DNA from: an uncultured Mycoplasmatota bacterium
GTDB lineage: Bacteria > Bacillota_I > Bacilli_A > RF39 > UBA660
Direction of reading: 5' to 3'
NCBI GenBank assembly: GCA_948434005.1
Contig: CAOJEH010000003.1
Location: 72,137-136,136 of the forward strand
DNA length: 64,000 nucleotides
Below the pieces are notes generated by a model. The model did not search any database, was not told where the DNA came from, and was given only the letters and a program-made list of their open reading frames with translations. Within the stretch, counting starts at the first letter, position 1. Each line of letters begins with the position of its first letter. Made by a program: the position numbers and the translations under genes. Below, piece after piece: positions 1-11,184 of the stretch.

Positions 1-5
1 TTTTT

Positions 6-45
6 ATATAAAAAAACTTGCAATTAAATACAAGTTTTTTTATAG
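6..45. terminator. Rho-independent terminator downstream of the phosphoesterase gene
   Basis: Inverted repeat aaaaaaacttg/caagttttttt just after the minus-strand stop at 50. Confidence 0.7.
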
Positions 46-49
46 ATAA

Positions 50-1940
50 TTATTTTGTAATAGCAAATGAATTATATAATTCTACTTCTCCATAATACTG
101 ATTATTCACTGTATATGAATTAACTATCAGACTATTACCATTTATTTCAACAGATGAAAACATCGCTAAGTTAATACCATTATCTTTTGGTGTCTCTATT
201 TTTTGAAATTTATTAAAATACCTATCTATCTCTTCAGTAGATAAATTTACTTGGGCTCCAGAGTTAGCTTGCGGATCTATTATGTAATTATTATTTTCTT
301 TTACTAACATAGGCTCATATTTAGTTCCTGCTGTTCCTCCTATAAAATATACTGGGGAATTGTTATCTTTCATAGATACTACTTCTTTTTTTAATTCATT
401 TGAATAGACTTTTTTATTTACTATTGTTTGTTTTTCACCAGAACTGTTAATCGGATATGTGAGAGCATATGTATGATCATGTCCTTGGAATACTAGGTCT
501 ACATTATAGTTAGCCATAACAGATGTTAACTGATTTGTTAATGTTTGGATATCTTTCCAATAATAATAATGAGGGCCGGTTGTATATAAACCCCTATGCA
601 TAAGAATTATTCTAAATGTAGCATTTCTAGCAGCACTACTAGATAAATCACTTTTTAACCATTCTAATTGTTCATTATCTAATCTTCCATACCAATTACT
701 ATTAGTATTTAGTACTGTTATATGAGTATTTCCATAATTCATTGAGTAATATAAGCCACTTTCTGTATTATCATTATCTAGGTCATAATAGAAATGATTT
801 TTTAATGAATTGGATACTCCAATATTAGAATATTTATAATCATGATTTCCTGCGGTATTTATAGATGTTAAATTTCCATAAACATTAAAATTAAGATTAT
901 CAGACCATTCTTCTTTTTTTTCAGGATTATTTAATAAATCACCTGCATTTAATAAAAATTCTGCATTACTATTCTTTTTCATTGCTTGTTGCATAGTATA
1001 AATAGCTTTTGGAGCTCCTCTAGAACTACTCTGTTGATCTGCCATATAAAGAAATGAGAAATTATCATCTCCATTATCAGTTACAAATTCTCCTATTGGG
1101 CTCCAACTATTAAGTTCTTTATCACCAACACGATAATAATATTTAACACCAGGTTCTAGATTTGTTGCCTTTGCTTGATGACCATATAGATTAAAAAATA
1201 CTCCTGTACTATTTCCACTAAATTCTAAAACATCAGATTTATTAAAACTTTTCTGATCCTTTTTATGATTATTAGCTTTGATAATTTGAACATCACTTCT
1301 AAAGTTTTTCTTAGCTACATGCCATGTAAAATTACGTTCTGTTTTACTGTTCTTAGGCATTGTAACTGTTACTTTTTCTGGTATTGGGTTATCACTTTGT
1401 TCTGCGATAATTCTAATTTTTACTGAAAAAACTGTATCCATCACATCAGTAGTTGCATCTTCATCTATCCATAATCTTAATTCATAACTGTTACTTTTTC
1501 CTGGTGCTAAATAACCTACGTCTATTACTCTACCTCCATTTACACCAGTAGACGATAATAAATCATTAAATTCATTTACACCGTTTTTATTCAAATGACA
1601 CCTTATATAGCTATCCTTCATTCTAGCCTCACCTGTTGGAATATTATCATCATCTAAATATTATAGTATATTTGCTTACAATATTTCCATCATTTTCAAT
1701 TTTAAATGTAAACGGTTTTTCTTTAAGACCTGCAGATTCTTTTTCGGGATATGCTCCTAATAAATTTATACTATTATCTTTAGTTAATAATAAACTAAGT
1801 TTACCCGCTGTAATAATATTTTTAGTATTTGAAGTTTTAGAAATTATAAACCATGCGTAGCTTGTTCCTATTATTAAAACTATAACTATAAGTATTAACA
1901 TTATTATTGTTTTATTTTTATTTATTTTTTTCTTTTCCAT
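50..1940 (-). pseudogene. Frameshifted surface protein: SipW-class signal peptide + TasA/camelysin-like domain + FN3/purple acid phosphatase (metallophosphoesterase)
   Basis: ORFs 1650..1940 and 50..1621 join if one T at 1661-1662 is removed (...SKYTIYLDDDNIPTGEARMKDSYI...), paralleling 10503..11099. Phosphoesterase motifs ADQQ, AGDL, GNHD, GHDH. Confidence 0.8.
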
Positions 1941-1948
1941 ATATACTC

Positions 1949-3103
1949 CTATTTGTTAATTCCGTCTCTTATTCTAGTTTCTACACATACTCTTTGAACT
2001 ACGGTTAGCGATATAATTAGGCAAATAGTAAAACTTCCACCATAACTCATAAATGGTAATGGTACTCCTGTTAGTGGCATAAGTCCAAATAAACCTAATA
2101 AGTTTATAGCAATATGACAAAATATATATACTGCTACTCCATAGCACATTAATGCGCCCCGATTAGTGTAACTTTTTCTTCCTATTAAAAGAATTCTATA
2201 TAAAATAAACATATATAATAGTATTATTCCTATTCCAAATATTGCACCCATCTCTTCTACTATAATTGCATAAATAAAATCTGTATATGGTTCTGGCAAA
2301 TATAAATATTTTTGGGTAGAGTTTCCTAATCCCACTCCTGTTAGGCCACCATTATTTATAGCGATATAACCATTACATACTTGTGAACCTGTATCAAGTA
2401 ACTTAGAGCATGGGTCTCTAAAATCAAAACGAGATGCTTGCCTTTCTAATAACATAGAATTTCCTGTAGTGGCTAAAACTATTCCAATAATACCAACTAG
2501 TCCTAAACATCCAAATAATGTTTTACTCTTAATAATACCAGGAATTGGTGATGCTACAAAAAGTATAAATACAATAGCTGAAAATATAATAGCAGTTCCT
2601 AAGTCAGGTTGTAACATAATTAGTAAAGCAATTCCAACTGCAACAAAAGGAGGAAACAAACTAGTTGTATATGACTTTAACTTTTTTTCATTTACTTCAT
2701 AAAATCTAGCCATCCAAATAATGTATATAACTTTTATAAACTCACTAGGCTGAATACTAATAGGCCCAAGGTCAAACCAACTTATTGCATTATTAGTTGC
2801 TTTTCCATATATTAACAATAATACTAAACTAGCACTTATAGCAATTAGTAATACCCACGAAAACATACCATATACTTTAGTATTAAATTTTATCATAACT
2901 AAGAATAAACATATACCTGCTACTAAAAATATCAGTTGCTTAATAAAATAAATATAAGGACTAACTGCATGAGACATATATGCGGTAACATTAGATGAAG
3001 AAAAAACCATTATAAGACCAACTATAAATAAAATTATAGTAACTATTAATAAAGGCTTATCTAGATATTTAAATACTTTTTTATCAGATTTCTTTTTAGT
3101 CAT
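1949..3103 (-). CDS. ftsW: FtsW/RodA/SpoVE (SEDS) peptidoglycan polymerase, FtsW-like
   Basis: QPSEF, QPDLGT, LPEPYTDFI, TGVPLPFMSYGGS motifs; about 10 TM segments. Confidence 0.85.
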   Translation of the reverse strand: MTKKKSDKKVFKYLDKPLLIVTIILFIVGLIMVFSSSNVTAYMSHAVSPYIYFIKQLIFLVAGICLFLVMIKFNTKVYGMFSWVLLIAISASLVLLLIYGKATNNAISWFDLGPISIQPSEFIKVIYIIWMARFYEVNEKKLKSYTTSLFPPFVAVGIALLIMLQPDLGTAIIFSAIVFILFVASPIPGIIKSKTLFGCLGLVGIIGIVLATTGNSMLLERQASRFDFRDPCSKLLDTGSQVCNGYIAINNGGLTGVGLGNSTQKYLYLPEPYTDFIYAIIVEEMGAIFGIGIILLYMFILYRILLIGRKSYTNRGALMCYGVAVYIFCHIAINLLGLFGLMPLTGVPLPFMSYGGSFTICLIISLTVVQRVCVETRIRDGINK

Positions 3104-3183
3104 TTATCTCATACCTTTCCAATTTTATAATAACATAAAATAGTTTTTTTTTATATATTTATTTTTCTAGGTAACTTTAATTA

Positions 3184-3210
3184 ACATAATTTGTCGTTTT
3201 ACATAACCTA
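3184..3210 (+). promoter_or_regulatory. sigK-like promoter
   Basis: AC(3184-85)-N16-CATAACCTA fits the AC-N16-CATANNNTA consensus, upstream of a spore-protein-like gene. Confidence 0.55.
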
Positions 3211-3241
3211 TAATAGATTAAGTAAAAAGGAGGCATTGTCT

Positions 3242-3412
3242 ATGTATTACTATGGTGGCGGTTCATCTTGCTGCAACAACAACATGTCATACCCACAAAT
3301 GCAATATTATCCATATTGCTGCAATAACAACAATAACAACTCTATTTATGCAATTATTTTAGTATTATTTATTCTTTTAGTTATAGTGATCGGAACTCGT
3401 TGGGCTCAATAA
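3242..3412 (+). CDS. YjcZ/SscA-family small sporulation protein
   Basis: AGGAGG RBS then ATG at 3242; Tyr/Gly/Cys/Asn-rich N-terminus and C-terminal AIILVLFILLVIVIG. Confidence 0.7.
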   Translation: MYYYGGGSSCCNNNMSYPQMQYYPYCCNNNNNNSIYAIILVLFILLVIVIGTRWAQ

Positions 3413-3476
3413 TTATAGGAAAAAGACTTTTCTTTTTCTTTTTTTTTTAGTATAATATCTACGTCGGGTGATATAT

Positions 3477-4025
3477 ATGTTGAGAATGAAAGATATTCTA
3501 GATGAAAAAGATAAAAGATTAAGAACTATAAGTAAAGAAGTTACTTTTCCATTATCAAAAGAGGATAACAAGCATATAGAAGATATGATTGAGTATCTTA
3601 CTAACAGTCAAATAGAAGAATTATCTGAAAAATATAACCTTCGTCCTGGTATGGGACTCTCTGCTATACAAATAGGTATTAATAAAAGATATTTTGTAGT
3701 AGTAGATGAATATGAAGAAGGAAAATTTGATAACTATATTATTATAAATCCTAGAATTATTAGCAATTCTATGGAGAAAATATATGTTGAAATGGGAGAA
3801 GGCTGTTTAAGTGTCAATCGTGAAGTTGATGGTATTATACCAAGATATGCAAGAGTTACTTTAGAAGGTTATGATATCGAAGGTAATAAAATAAGAATTA
3901 GAGGTCGTGAAGAACTTGCAATTGCATTTCAGCATGAAATGGACCATTTAAATGGAATTCTATTTTATGATCATATAGATAAAAAGAATCCATTTAAAGA
4001 TAAAGATAAATATAGAGCTATTTAA
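3477..4025 (+). CDS. def: Peptide deformylase
   Basis: GMGLSAIQIG, EGCLS, QHEMDHLNG motifs; ATG at 3477 follows GGGTGA. Confidence 0.95.
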   Translation: MLRMKDILDEKDKRLRTISKEVTFPLSKEDNKHIEDMIEYLTNSQIEELSEKYNLRPGMGLSAIQIGINKRYFVVVDEYEEGKFDNYIIINPRIISNSMEKIYVEMGEGCLSVNREVDGIIPRYARVTLEGYDIEGNKIRIRGREELAIAFQHEMDHLNGILFYDHIDKKNPFKDKDKYRAI

Positions 4026-4029
4026 AGCA

Positions 4030-4062
4030 GAAAAAGAGACTAATTAAAATTAGTCTTTTTCT
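4030..4062. terminator. Bidirectional terminator between def and the convergent orphan
   Basis: aaaaagagactaatt-aa-aattagtcttttt hairpin. Confidence 0.7.
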
Positions 4063-4071
4063 TTATAATGT

Positions 4072-4548
4072 TTATTTTTTTCTTTTTGTAATTTGATTCA
4101 TTGTAAGTTCCATATTTATACCAAGCATTACATAAGATAAATATTCTTCATTTATGGGAAAATCATCATTGCTATTTGCCATTTCGTTAAACTGTTTACA
4201 TACCATAGTTATTTTTTCTTCTAGTGACAAATCCTTAAGAACTGATTCATTTTCTACAAGACTTTCTGATGCAAATATTATACCATTTATAAAAGGAACC
4301 CTTTGTTCTATACTTAAATTAGGCTCTAAATAGTATGAACTAAATGCATTATGCAAGTTTGCTTTTAATCTAAGGTCTTTTTGGTATGAATCATAATCAC
4401 CTACATTAGCCATTTTTGTACATAAATCAAAAAGAAATTCCGTTTCTTCTTTTATTTCTATTATATTCATACTATTTTTCGCATCACTAATTATTTCAAA
4501 TAAATTCATTTTCCATTCTTGTTTTTCTACATTGGTCATTTTTATCAT
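4072..4548 (-). CDS. Orphan helical protein with basic C-terminus; paralog of upstream gene
   Basis: 158-aa ORF; AFSSYYLEPNLSIEQRVPFINGI aligns with the neighbour; ends QITKRKK. Confidence 0.65.
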   Translation of the reverse strand: MIKMTNVEKQEWKMNLFEIISDAKNSMNIIEIKEETEFLFDLCTKMANVGDYDSYQKDLRLKANLHNAFSSYYLEPNLSIEQRVPFINGIIFASESLVENESVLKDLSLEEKITMVCKQFNEMANSNDDFPINEEYLSYVMLGINMELTMNQITKRKK

Positions 4549-4573
4549 ACCATTCCAAATATTAATTAATTAA

Positions 4574-5099
4574 TTAATTATTATGCTTTTTATCATTTCT
4601 CTTTTTATTTTCTTTTGGTTTATTAGTATCATACTTATACATCATCTCAATCACTTCACATATTCCCAAAAGTGTATAACAATCTTCTTTTCTAGCCACT
4701 TTAGTATTGTCAAGTCCAAGATCATTTCTTAAAGAGTCATATATTTCTTTAGCTAAATCTGGTGGATTTAGAGATAATTCTTCAAATTCTATATTTTTAT
4801 CTTTCATATCCGCAACAAATTGTGTCCCTATATTTATACCATTAATGTATTTAATTCTATCATCTATAGGAAGACTTTTTGGTATCATTCTATATGAACT
4901 TATAGCAGATGATACACTTATATCTATATATACTTCATTAGCTTCTTCGTTTTCTGATATAGCTGATTCTAAAAAAGAATTTATTATAATGTCAACCTCT
5001 TCTTGTGCCTTAATAAAATTAACATATAATCCATTTTCTAATTTTGATTCTATTATAGCAGCTAATAATTGTCTTTTATATTCATCTATTTTTTTTCAT
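4574..5099 (-). pseudogene. Orphan protein frameshifted in an A8 run right after the start codon
   Basis: AGGGGG RBS, ATG at 5099, then A8 gives an early stop; A7 restores MKKIDEYKRQLL...SSYRMIPKSL, continuous with ORF 4574..4888. Confidence 0.75.
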
Positions 5100-5165
5100 A
5101 ATATCCCCCTGAATTTGTACTATATTATAATACAATTATAAAAAAAAGTAAAGGATATTCTTTAC

Positions 5166-8120
5166 TTATACAATTTCTATTTTTTCATTTAATTTAACAC
5201 TTACTAGTTTAGATACACCAGACTCTTGCATTGTAATACCATATAGAGTATCTGCAAATTCCATAGTCTTCTTTTTGTGTGTAATTATTAGAAATTGAGT
5301 TTTTTCTTTATAATGATTCAAATATTTACCAAATGCTTCTACATTAGCTTCATCTAGTGCAGCTTCTACTTCATCAAATAAACAAAATGGTACAGTTTTA
5401 ACATTAAGTATTGCAAAAAGCAAACTAATAGCAGTAAATGTTTTTTCTCCTCCTGAAAGTAATGATATTGTAGTTAACTTCTTACCTGGTGGAGAAGCAA
5501 CTATTTCAACACCTGTTGTTAATAAGTCATTTGGATTAGTAAGTTTTAAATCAGCATTACCTCCTCCAAATAATTCTTTAAATACTTCTTTAAATTCATT
5601 TCTAATTTTTTCAAATGTATTAGAAAATTCTTCTACCATTACTTCATCCATCTCATTCATAATTTCTAGTAAAGTATCTTCTGCTTTTAATAAATCATCT
5701 TTTTGTTTAGTTAAAAATTCATATCTAGTATTTACTCTTTCATATTCATCTATTGCCGCTAGATTAACCATACCAAGTCTTTTTATATTAGTTCTATACT
5801 TATTAACTAATTTTCTAGCATCATCTGGTTCTATATCTAAAATATACTCACTCTTTGCTTTTTCAAATGTAAGAGAATATTCTTCATTTAAAGTATTTAA
5901 CATTGTATCTAGTTTTACATCTAATCTTGTAATATCAATATCTAAATCCTTTATTTCTTTTTCTATAGTTCTTATATTACTATTTTTTAATTTATCACTG
6001 GCAGTTCTTTCTTCTATTTCTTGTTTTAATTTATCTATTTCAATAATTAGGTTTTTACTATCTAGTGTTAATTTATCTTTTAGAGTATTTTTAGTATTAT
6101 AATCATTAATTAATTCCTCTTCCATTTCACTAACAGAATTATTCTTTATACCTTTAAAACTATCTATCTCTTTATTTGTAGTTTCTAGACTTTTATTAAG
6201 TAAAACTAAATCATCGTTTTTAGAATTTAATATTTCTTGTTTTAACACTTTATCTCTAGATACTTTTAAATATTTTTCATTAATATCGTCAATGCTAATA
6301 TTTAATTCATTTAGTTTATTTCTAGTTATAACTATATCTTCTTCATCATTTTGAAGTTTTATTTTGGCAGTTTGTAATTCTTGTTTTAGGGAAACTATAC
6401 TTCTACTTTGATATGAACTTCCTCCAGACATTGAACCGCCTACATGAATAACATCTCCATCTAGGGTTACTACCTTATATCTATGACCTATAGTTCTACT
6501 AAGTCTTGTTGCACTATCAATATCAGGTGATACTAAGACAGTTCCTAATTGGTTACAAATTATATTATCATACTTTTTATCATATCTAACCAAATCTGAA
6601 AGTACTGATATAAAGTCATGATTATTATCAAGTATATTTAATATATTATTATCAACATATCTTGATTTTATTACTGTTAATGGAAAAAAAGTAGCTCTTC
6701 CTAAATGGTTATCCTTTAAATAATTAATAGCTCTTTTAGATGAAGCCTCATCATCTGTTATTATAAAATTCTTACTGGATGATATTGCTATTTCTAAAGC
6801 TTTTATATATTTATCATCTATTTCAATAATATTTCCTATAGTATTATGAATACCTATTAAACTATTACTATTTAAAATGCTCTTAACACTATTTGGAATA
6901 CTTCCTCCATTTTCTATTTCTATAGATAATGAATCTATCTTATGTTTTAAGTTTACAATATTCCTATCAAGAGTTGTATACTCATTTTGTTCCATTCTTT
7001 TTTCTTTTGATAGTTTATCTAATTTATTTTTCAATTCAGTTAACTCTTTATCAATACTATCTAAATTACTATTTATAGATCTAGTCTCTGTATTAATAAG
7101 TTCTATATTTCTCTTAATATTTCCTTTTTCATCTAGTAGGTTTCTTACTTTATTATCAAGTTCCAAGTCATTACTATCTTTACTGCTTCTTTCTTTTAGT
7201 AAGTTTCTTTCTCCATTAATCTTTTCTACTTCTTCAGTAACTTCTAGTAATTCCTTATTTATATTTGTTAGTTCTTTTTCTAGTTTTTCTAATCTATTAC
7301 TGTTTTCAATATTTTTAACATCACTACTTGAATACTCATTAGATAAAGTTACTATTTCTTTTTCTAATTTCTCCTTTTTAGATTTATTCTGTTCTAACAA
7401 ATTATTATAATATTCAATATCATGAGCAAGTAGCGCTACTTCATATTTATCTAATCCTTCTTTATTTTCCAAATATTCTTTTGCTTTAATACTTTGTTCT
7501 TTTAAGGGCTCAACTTGTATTTCTAATTCACTTATAATATCATTTACTCTATCAAGATTATTATGAGTACGATCTAATTTTCTTAAAGCTTCTCCTTTTC
7601 TTGTTTTATATTTTATAATACCTGCTGCTTCTTCAAAAATAACACGTCTATCTGTAGGAGAGTTACTTAAAATTCTATCAACTTCACCTTGTGAAATAAT
7701 ATTAAATGATTCCCTACCTACTCCACTATCCATAAGTAAATTAGTGATATCTTTTAATCTACATCTTTCTCCGTTTAAAAAATATTCATTTTCTCCACTT
7801 CTATATACTTTTCTTTTAATTGAAATGTCAGTATATGGAATATTTAGGTAGTGATCACTATTATCAAAGATAAGTTCTACCATTGCTACATTTAAGGGAT
7901 TACGGCTCTTACTTCCAGAAAAGATAACATCACTCATAGAGCCATCTCCACGAAGTGACTTTACTGATTGTTCTCCAAGAACCCAACGAACTGCATCTAC
8001 AACGTTACTTTTTCCACTTCCGTTAGGTCCAACTATACAAGTAATTTTATTATCTAATTTTAAATCTATTTTATCTGCAAAAGATTTAAAACCATTTGTT
8101 AATATTTCTTTTAAATACAT
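5166..8120 (-). CDS. smc: Chromosome segregation protein Smc (short, 984 aa)
   Basis: GFKSFAD, GPNGSGKSN, hinge GRATFFPL, LSGGEK, LFDEVEAALD. Confidence 0.97.
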   Translation of the reverse strand: MYLKEILTNGFKSFADKIDLKLDNKITCIVGPNGSGKSNVVDAVRWVLGEQSVKSLRGDGSMSDVIFSGSKSRNPLNVAMVELIFDNSDHYLNIPYTDISIKRKVYRSGENEYFLNGERCRLKDITNLLMDSGVGRESFNIISQGEVDRILSNSPTDRRVIFEEAAGIIKYKTRKGEALRKLDRTHNNLDRVNDIISELEIQVEPLKEQSIKAKEYLENKEGLDKYEVALLAHDIEYYNNLLEQNKSKKEKLEKEIVTLSNEYSSSDVKNIENSNRLEKLEKELTNINKELLEVTEEVEKINGERNLLKERSSKDSNDLELDNKVRNLLDEKGNIKRNIELINTETRSINSNLDSIDKELTELKNKLDKLSKEKRMEQNEYTTLDRNIVNLKHKIDSLSIEIENGGSIPNSVKSILNSNSLIGIHNTIGNIIEIDDKYIKALEIAISSSKNFIITDDEASSKRAINYLKDNHLGRATFFPLTVIKSRYVDNNILNILDNNHDFISVLSDLVRYDKKYDNIICNQLGTVLVSPDIDSATRLSRTIGHRYKVVTLDGDVIHVGGSMSGGSSYQSRSIVSLKQELQTAKIKLQNDEEDIVITRNKLNELNISIDDINEKYLKVSRDKVLKQEILNSKNDDLVLLNKSLETTNKEIDSFKGIKNNSVSEMEEELINDYNTKNTLKDKLTLDSKNLIIEIDKLKQEIEERTASDKLKNSNIRTIEKEIKDLDIDITRLDVKLDTMLNTLNEEYSLTFEKAKSEYILDIEPDDARKLVNKYRTNIKRLGMVNLAAIDEYERVNTRYEFLTKQKDDLLKAEDTLLEIMNEMDEVMVEEFSNTFEKIRNEFKEVFKELFGGGNADLKLTNPNDLLTTGVEIVASPPGKKLTTISLLSGGEKTFTAISLLFAILNVKTVPFCLFDEVEAALDEANVEAFGKYLNHYKEKTQFLIITHKKKTMEFADTLYGITMQESGVSKLVSVKLNEKIEIV

Positions 8121-8239
8121 ATATCTTCACCCTATCACTTTAATTATTATACTATAAAAATACTTGTGTTTCAACTTATTTACTTTTTTCTTTACTTATT
8201 TAAATTATGTGATATTATAGTAAATTAAGTGGTGATAAT

Positions 8240-9582
8240 ATGGAAAAAGAAAAGCTAAATAAATTATATGATTTTGTTATAGACAATGACGATTTAACTA
8301 CTAAAGATCTTAATGACTTGGGTTTTAATTATAGAAATATACGCATCCTAATAGATAACAAAAAATTAGAAAGAATTAGAAGAGGACATTATAGACTAAT
8401 TGATTATAATGCTATGCTATCCTATGGTAGAGACCTATTAAAAAATAGGGAAAACGAAAAAGCTTAGAAATGTTTTGATAAAGCACATGAAATTAATCCT
8501 AAGGATTATGAGAATACATATTATTTTTTTAAAGATAAAATTAATCAAAAAGACTATATGGGAGCCTATAACTGTTTAAAACCACATTTAACATATAAAA
8601 ATATAAATCATTATAACAACTTATATTTGCTTTTATTAAGTCATTTAATAAAATTACCTGATGGTAACTCTGATTATGTAAAACATTTTGATTTTAATGA
8701 TTTAACCACTGGCAAAGCTAATAGATCTAAAGATTCTATTAAAACCAATAATCAAATTGCTTTTGATATAATTCATGGTCACTTCCGAGATGCTTTAAAA
8801 GGTATATTAAGTATTGGGCATTATGATATTAAAAGCTATATTACATATAAACTATTAAGTAGTATAGTTAAAAAAATAGTATTATATCATTTCAAATAGA
8901 TCAAATGGTTTCTAATAAAAAATATGATGATGTAATTAAATTGCTTGAAGAAGAACAAAAAGCCCACCCATTAACAGAGTATCATGATTCTATTTTGTCA
9001 TTATGCTATGATATTACAAATATGAAAGAAAATAAAGAATCAATTAAACCTGAAGGCGAATTTTATAATATCTCTGGTAATATATATGGGCATAATTATG
9101 ATGCAGCTAAAGCATTATTAAATAAAAGAAACACTAGTGATTATAGTACATTATATAATCTCTTGAATGAATGTATTAACTTAAGAGATTATATAGATAA
9201 AATTAATCAGGGTATTGTAGTTAATCATTTTACTTTAGCTTCTAATTTATATTCTGAAGATTATGATAGTTTTTTTGATAATTTACATTTCTATTTATAT
9301 TCAAAAGATATGCTTGAATATGAAGAAAAGTTTACTCAATTAGTAGAAATGCATAAAAAAGAAGAAGATAAACTAAGTTTGATTCCTATGAAGTACTTAG
9401 AATTAATTGAGGGAGATAATTCACCAGCTATTTGTAATTTCTTTGTTGATAGATTTAATGATAGCATCAATTCTAAAGATTCAATAGGTGCAGAAATATA
9501 TTTTGATATAGTTAGTCAATTTAATAATGATAATGATGTAGATAACATTAAAAAATACAAAAAAATAAATAAAGACTCTTAG
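8240..9582 (+). pseudogene. Disrupted AbiEi-like wHTH + TPR/helical-repeat protein
   Basis: In-frame TAG at 8465-67 within a TPR-like stretch (ENEKA*KCFDKAHEINP); adding one A to the A7 run at 8870-76 joins ORF 8905..9582; N-terminus LTTKDLNDLG...LERIRRGHYRL. Confidence 0.75.
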
Positions 9583-9585
9583 TCT

Positions 9586-10446
9586 TTATTTTATATTACC
9601 TGCTTCACTTAATAATACATCTAAAGTATTAATAGTATATCCCTTTTGTTTTAGATAACTTATAATTGTAGGTAGTTCTATTTCTACTGATGATGATATG
9701 GGTAATCCTATTATAGAGCCTTTATGTATTTTTTTTACAATATCATTATATGGATAGTTTCCAGTCATAATAGTAGGTATGATTGTATGTAGTTGTAATT
9801 TTTCACATAGTTGTAATACCTCTTTATTATCATATCTTGCATAACAATATTTAGGTTTTATATTTGTAATTGAGTTTACTAAATTAAGACTACTATTAAA
9901 GTATAGTTCTTGATAACTATTATCGTAATTTAGTACTTCTATTTCATGACCTAAAGAAGCCATTTCACTAACAAGATTTTGATTATTTTCTAGCCATAAC
10001 CCATCTACAAAGAATGTGGCAATAGTATTAGTAGTTTTTAATGTATTTATAATACCTTTTACATTATCTTTATTTTTCACTTCAAATACTAAACTAACGT
10101 CATTATTAATTCCACTACCTTCTGAAATATATTTATCATAATAATCATCTATTGATATTGTTGGCTCTATTTCTTCGAAAACAGTTAAGCTTTCATTATA
10201 TGTACCATATTTTTTCATTTTTTGAAAACTTTTATCATAATCAACTTTTTTACCAGATATACCTGGCTTTATTTTATTTTTTTTAATAACAGCATTAACT
10301 GCATCTATTTTATTTTTTTTATCATACTTTTTAATATTTTTCATTATAGGATCTTTATCTCTAATAAAATCTATTACTTTCTCGGTATAAAAGAAACTAA
10401 TTAAACTTAATAATAAAACAATTAATATTTGATATATTTTTCTCAT
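9586..10446 (-). CDS. YlxY/PdaB-like sporulation polysaccharide deacetylase-family protein (active site looks degenerate)
   Basis: N-terminal TM, ATFFVDGLWLE, GHEI; lies downstream of rpsO-pnp like B. subtilis ylxY; CATATACT (sigE-like -10) upstream. Confidence 0.75.
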   Translation of the reverse strand: MRKIYQILIVLLLSLISFFYTEKVIDFIRDKDPIMKNIKKYDKKNKIDAVNAVIKKNKIKPGISGKKVDYDKSFQKMKKYGTYNESLTVFEEIEPTISIDDYYDKYISEGSGINNDVSLVFEVKNKDNVKGIINTLKTTNTIATFFVDGLWLENNQNLVSEMASLGHEIEVLNYDNSYQELYFNSSLNLVNSITNIKPKYCYARYDNKEVLQLCEKLQLHTIIPTIMTGNYPYNDIVKKIHKGSIIGLPISSSVEIELPTIISYLKQKGYTINTLDVLLSEAGNIK

Positions 10447-10502
10447 TAAATTCACCTATTTAAGTATATGAATATAAATAAAAAAAAGAATAGTTTCCTA
10501 TT

Positions 10503-11099
10503 CTATTTTACTATTTGAGTTGCTTTTATTTCTAAACGTTTACCAAATACTTGTCCTTGATCATCTATAGTTGCAGTATGATCCATCCAAACTTGTAATA
10601 TATATGTATTGCTTTCTTTCTTTTTTAGAGAACCACTATCTAGGACTTTCTTTTCAGTATTATTAGGTACTGCATTTAAATTTGATACATAATCTATTCT
10701 ATCATAGTTACCTATTTTTTGTAATCTATATTTAATAATACTATCGCGTATTCTAGTCTTACCTTTTGATATTTCAGTATCAACTAAATATAATTCATAT
10801 GTATTATCAGTATCTCCATCATTTAAAATTGAAAATTTATATACTGTAGATTGACTTTGTCCCTCATTATCTGTCATAGGATATGCCTTAGGAATATTAA
10901 TTCCTTCACTTAATGATTCATCTAACACCATTGAAATATCTCCAGACTTTATGACGTTTTGTTTATCACTACCTCTTGTTATAGATAAAAAGGCATAACT
11001 ACCACCTATTAAAAGTACTACTAATAAGATTAGTATTACTCCTAGTACTATTATTTTTTTCTTGGAATTATTGGTTTCATTTACAACTATCTTACTCAT
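10503..11099 (-). CDS. SipW-class signal peptide, TasA/camelysin-like secreted protein
   Basis: Hydrophobic leader ending GGSYAF, then F-x-I-x-N-x-G and Y-x-L-x-x-W-x-D motifs. Confidence 0.65.
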   Translation of the reverse strand: MSKIVVNETNNSKKKIIVLGVILILLVVLLIGGSYAFLSITRGSDKQNVIKSGDISMVLDESLSEGINIPKAYPMTDNEGQSQSTVYKFSILNDGDTDNTYELYLVDTEISKGKTRIRDSIIKYRLQKIGNYDRIDYVSNLNAVPNNTEKKVLDSGSLKKKESNTYILQVWMDHTATIDDQGQVFGKRLEIKATQIVK

Positions 11100-11138
11100 T
11101 ATAATTCACCTTACCTTATATTCATATTTTATCATAAA

Positions 11139-11175
11139 TAAAAAGTAGTATACAATACTAAATATACTACTTTTA
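11139..11175 (-). terminator. pnp terminator
   Basis: aaaaagtagtata...tatactacttttt inverted repeat. Confidence 0.7.
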
Positions 11176-11184
11176 CACATTATT

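Noticed and set aside
3270..3342. AAC/AAT trinucleotide runs as a contingency repeat
   Set aside because: In-frame poly-Asn within a small spore protein; imperfect and would not shift the frame.
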